Part shown: piece by piece, positions 60,694 through 64,000 of the stretch
How positions within the stretch are numbered: position 1 is the stretch's first letter
How the letters are laid out: every line of letters begins with the position of its first letter
NCBI GenBank assembly: GCA_038211855.1
Contig: JBBQVE010000004.1
Location: 867-64,866, forward strand
DNA length: 64,000 bases
Direction of reading: 5' to 3'
Source: Candidatus Saccharimonadales bacterium
GTDB taxonomy: Bacteria; Patescibacteriota; Saccharimonadia; Saccharimonadales; SZUA-47
Notes under the pieces: generated by a model
What the model saw: only the letters and a program-made list of their open reading frames with translations
Databases searched by the model: none
What the model was told of the DNA's origin: nothing
Program-made: the position numbers and the translations under genes

Positions 60694-60757
60694 AGGACTC
60701 GAACCTTCGACCTCGCGGTCCCAAACCGCGCGCGCTAGCCAACTGCGCCAATCCCCG
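60681..60757 (-). tRNA. tRNA-Pro (anticodon TGG)
   Basis: On the minus strand: acceptor CGGGGAT/ATCCCCG, anticodon arm CGCGG-TTTGGGA-CCGCG, T arm GAAGG-TTCGAGT-CCTTT. CCA is encoded. Confidence 0.85.
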
Positions 60758-60832
60758 TTATGTGCTCCATAAGTGGAGCGCAGACTAGATAGAGATTATA
60801 GCTGAGAAGGGTTAAATAAGCAATTATTTGCA

Positions 60833-61753
60833 TTAGGCAGCAAGGTCAAAAACACGCGGTCGAGCGATTCCGAGGGCTGCTACCGCAGCTTGCTGACCTG
60901 CCCAGTAACCGTTCATGAGAATCTCTGGTCTTTGTTCGAACGTGCCAGGAAGCACCCCTTCTGCCTTGGGATAAATGGTTTCGACGTTGTCAGGCAACCC
61001 ATTCGTGATCCTGACTGTCTGGTCGAGTGCAAACTTACAGAACTTGCCGAGGTTACTCATCCGCCCACTCGTCAAAGTATTCCATGCATCCACCGGTATC
61101 GATGGCCACTTGTTGTACTTCCAGGTCTTATAGGGATGATTGCTTATGTCGATGACGTGCGTAGCCCCCAAATGTAGCGCAAGGTCTGGTGTCGTCGGCC
61201 AGCTCGTTCCCCCATCAGTGTGATCACTGCGTGTCCAGCCTGCTGCTATTGGTAGTTCTGTTGCATTTCGCAAATGGCCGATCAGTTCTTTCGGATGGAA
61301 GTTCTTACTATTTACCGCAACTGGCTCCTGGGTGCGCCTGTCAGTCAAGCCGATGCCTAGGAGCGCAGGGTGGTTCATTATAGCGTTGATGTCCAGTTCC
61401 TTTGCCATATACGACTGGAGTATACCGAGGTCTACCATCCGCCAAAACCGTCGCTTATTAATGAAGCCTATTTCCTGTGCGCTCAGATGAAATTCAAGAG
61501 CCGTATCAGTCTGTCCTCCCATTGCTGCCGCAGCATGAACGGCACCTACTGAGATACCGACTATACCCTTAAAATAAGGCAGTAGGCCTTCGCTCTCGAA
61601 AAAACTCAGTGCCCCAAGCCCTGTTATACCGGCCATCCCGCCGCCTTGTACCGACAAGAATGGACTATCTTCCGGGTTATCTTGTGGCGTGACCCCATCG
61701 GCTTGATAGGCAAGTAAAAGTTCGGTTGGAGATAGGTGAGAATATTCTGACAT
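60833..61753 (-). CDS. Patatin-like phospholipase
   Basis: GGGMAGITGLG is the oxyanion motif, GISVGA is GxSxG, and HTDGG is the DGG motif. Confidence 0.7.
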   Translation of the reverse strand: MSEYSHLSPTELLLAYQADGVTPQDNPEDSPFLSVQGGGMAGITGLGALSFFESEGLLPYFKGIVGISVGAVHAAAAMGGQTDTALEFHLSAQEIGFINKRRFWRMVDLGILQSYMAKELDINAIMNHPALLGIGLTDRRTQEPVAVNSKNFHPKELIGHLRNATELPIAAGWTRSDHTDGGTSWPTTPDLALHLGATHVIDISNHPYKTWKYNKWPSIPVDAWNTLTSGRMSNLGKFCKFALDQTVRITNGLPDNVETIYPKAEGVLPGTFEQRPEILMNGYWAGQQAAVAALGIARPRVFDLAA

Positions 61754-61829
61754 GCGAAGATAGATTTTTGTTTTTAAACCTACACTCCGTTATAGTCCTA
61801 TTCTTGCGAAAGTCAATCAATAACGGGTT

Positions 61830-63341
61830 CTATTTGGCAAATTCAATAGCGCGAGTTTCACGGATAACGTTCACCTTGATTGTACCCGGATACTGCATGG
61901 TGCTTTCGATCTTGGTGGCAACGTCGCGGGCTAGCTTGATGGCGCCGAGGTCGTCCATCTGGGTTGGTTTGACGAAGATGCGGACTTCACGGCCTGCACT
62001 GATGGCATAGGCCTTCTCGACACCTTCAAACCCGACGGCGACGTTTTCGAGGTCGCGCATTCGCTCAGCAAAATTCTCAGCACTGATATTACGAGCTCCT
62101 GGGCGTGAGGCACTGATTGCGTCAACGACACGGACAATTAGGGCTTCAACGGATGTAGCTTCGACGTCGTCGTGGTGCTGTTCGGCCGCCAATGCGACTT
62201 CTTCTGGCACGCCATATTTACGGGCCATTTCACCACTGATGTGGTGGTGCTTGCCTTCCATTTTGTGCGTCAAGGCTTTGCCCATGTCATGAATAAGAGC
62301 AGCGTACTTCGCTGTCTTGACGTTGGCACCAAGCTGCTCAGCAATGATACCGGCCATATGTGCCATTTCTGTTGAATGTTTAAGGACATTTTGGCCGTAG
62401 CTTGTGCGGTATTTTAATTCACCAACAAGCTGTAACACTTCTTTTGGAATACCAATGATACCGACTTCACGGGCGGCATCTTCAGCAGCGTGCATGACTT
62501 CTTTCTGGACCTGGGCCTGAGCCTTTTCAACGACTTCTTCAATGCGTCCTGGGTGAATACGACCGTCTTTCATGAGCATTTCCATGGTGACACGGGCGAC
62601 TTCGCGGCGGACAGGATCGAACGAACTAAGAATCACCATGCCAGGCGTGTCATCGACCATGATATCGACACCAGTGGCACGCTGGATTGCCTGAATATTA
62701 CGGCCTTCCTTGCCGATAATGCGGCCCTTCATCTCATCGTCGGTTAGCTTGATGGCCGATACCGTACGCTCAGCGGTGACTTCACTAGCCATACGTTCCA
62801 TAGCGGTCACGATTGTCAGTGCTGCTAACTCTTCGGCATTGTCTTTGGCTTCATTCTGTAACTTATTAACCAGACCAACGAGATCATTCTTGATATCGCG
62901 CTCGGTCATCTGCATCAGTTTTTCGGCTGCCTCACTCTGTTTGAGCTTAGCAATCTTCTCAAGTTTCTCCTGTTGCTTCACGCGGATGCTGCGGATCTCA
63001 TCTTTAAGACCTTCGGCCTCGTCTTCTGCTTTGCGCAATACATCGCTGCGCTTGTCGAGGCTGTCGAGTTTTTTGTCGAGTGATTCTTCACGGTCAAGCA
63101 GGCGCTTTTCGATATCCTTGACTTCGTTACGACGTTTTTGCTCGTCTCTGCGGGCGTTTTCAGCGATTTCGCTGGCCTCTGCTTTGGCTGTTTCGATTGC
63201 TTTGGCGGCTTCTTTTTTGGCCTTGTCGAGTTCTTTTTTGGCGGCGTCTTCTGCAGTGCCAAGCTTACGTTTGGTCATAACTGTGCTGCCACCAAAGCCA
63301 ACGCCAAGGCCAACTATAGCTAAAATAATAGCTGGAACCAT
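61830..63341 (-). CDS. rny: Ribonuclease Y
   Basis: An N-terminal TM helix and a K/E-rich coiled coil are followed by a KH domain (IIGKEGRNI) and an HD domain (LIHDMGK). Confidence 0.9.
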   Translation of the reverse strand: MVPAIILAIVGLGVGFGGSTVMTKRKLGTAEDAAKKELDKAKKEAAKAIETAKAEASEIAENARRDEQKRRNEVKDIEKRLLDREESLDKKLDSLDKRSDVLRKAEDEAEGLKDEIRSIRVKQQEKLEKIAKLKQSEAAEKLMQMTERDIKNDLVGLVNKLQNEAKDNAEELAALTIVTAMERMASEVTAERTVSAIKLTDDEMKGRIIGKEGRNIQAIQRATGVDIMVDDTPGMVILSSFDPVRREVARVTMEMLMKDGRIHPGRIEEVVEKAQAQVQKEVMHAAEDAAREVGIIGIPKEVLQLVGELKYRTSYGQNVLKHSTEMAHMAGIIAEQLGANVKTAKYAALIHDMGKALTHKMEGKHHHISGEMARKYGVPEEVALAAEQHHDDVEATSVEALIVRVVDAISASRPGARNISAENFAERMRDLENVAVGFEGVEKAYAISAGREVRIFVKPTQMDDLGAIKLARDVATKIESTMQYPGTIKVNVIRETRAIEFAK

Positions 63342-63534
63342 ATCATCTCCTACTCTCGTTGCTGCAAAATTAACGGAGGTACATCACTATCACTTCATTA
63401 GTACCTGGGCGTCTTGCAGAAAAATAAATTAAAAACTATAAATTAACAGGTAAGGAGTCTCCCAAAACAAGTGGCGGCTTCCTTACTTATAATCATACGC
63501 CGAGCAGTGGCCTACACGCAAACGAAATAAATTA

Positions 63535-64000
63535 CTATTGTTGTTGAGCGTAGACAACTAAACGAGTGTCATAGACGCCATTTATGATATTGTACTTGCC
63601 CGCTGCTGTGATAAGTTTGAGATCATTTCTACCAAGTACTTCAGAGTTTAAATACTTCCTCATGCTAAGCTGATCGGCTGGTACTTTTTCGGTCTTCGTC
63701 ACCTTATACGTCACCACTTCACCAGAACCTTTTTCAATCTGAATCGTATCGCCATACACGAGCTTGTTCAAATCCCAGAAGACGCCGTGCTGCGTCGGAC
63801 CGGCAACATGTCCCTCGATGACCGAGGCGCCGTCCATGTCACCAGGTTTTACACTGGCATCGTACCAACCTGAATCATAGATATTGTTTGGTGTGCCGAC
63901 AGCACCTTTACTGTCGATGCCGAGCCTTCTGATACGAGTAGTGACGTTAATAGTTGGTATGCGCAAATAACGGGGATAAGCCGGTGTCACAAGGTAGGTC
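63535..64000 (-). CDS. Sortase-fold (class F-like) protein lacking the catalytic cysteine; partial at right edge
   Basis: LRIPTINVTT..., GWY...PGD.G..VIEGHV and YDTRLVVYA follow the sortase layout, but the TLxTC position reads LKLITAAG (Cys replaced by Ala). The frame is open beyond position 63990 to the window end. Confidence 0.55.
   Translation of the reverse strand, partial: TYLVTPAYPRYLRIPTINVTTRIRRLGIDSKGAVGTPNNIYDSGWYDASVKPGDMDGASVIEGHVAGPTQHGVFWDLNKLVYGDTIQIEKGSGEVVTYKVTKTEKVPADQLSMRKYLNSEVLGRNDLKLITAAGKYNIINGVYDTRLVVYAQQQ

Noticed and set aside
1-64000. CRISPR arrays, rRNA genes, transposase/IS elements, tyrosine integrases
   Set aside because: I saw no regularly spaced direct repeats with unique spacers, no rRNA-like segments and no DDE/HUH transposase or tyrosine recombinase motifs while reading the ORFs. 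The only recombinase is the serine type at 59038.

Overview
The window is a gene-dense bacterial chromosome segment of about 75 protein genes and 6 tRNAs. I saw no rRNA and no CRISPR array. The gene content points to a monoderm, reduced-genome organism: RNase Y, sortases, an LPXTG-type substrate, murA/murB, cardiolipin synthase, many secreted glycan-active enzymes and many small orphan membrane proteins. By inference only, this resembles Saccharibacteria/CPR-like genomes. Core blocks are glyA-murB-murA, an oxidative pentose phosphate operon (pgl-gnd-zwf) and a P-type ATPase. Three regions stand out. (1) Positions 98-3700 hold a same-strand array of six small unrelated enzyme genes. Each gene is flanked by a conserved imperfect-palindrome element of about 40 nt (7 copies). 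In most gaps the element is followed by a hairpin terminator and an extended -10 box ending about 6 nt before a leaderless ATG. The layout is cassette-like but not a canonical integron. A decayed rhodanese gene lies at its right edge. (2) Positions 55635-60686 hold an integrative element of about 5 kb. It is bounded by an 8-bp direct repeat, ATTGGTCG, at the 3' end of tRNA-Pro. It carries a large serine recombinase and a Panacea(DUF4065)-type antitoxin next to an unrecognisable candidate toxin. (3) Positions 34166-38958 hold a cell-surface locus: a processive GT2 with a coupled 51-aa membrane peptide, a sortase, a 60-aa minimal LPNTG protein and an 832-aa triple-CBM/Ig/CE4 deacetylase. Other notable items are an HTH-MurA fusion, a sortase-like protein without the catalytic Cys, several gene remnants, and a -10 box about 6 nt upstream of the ATG at many genes. 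All family calls come from motif reading by eye; no database search was run.
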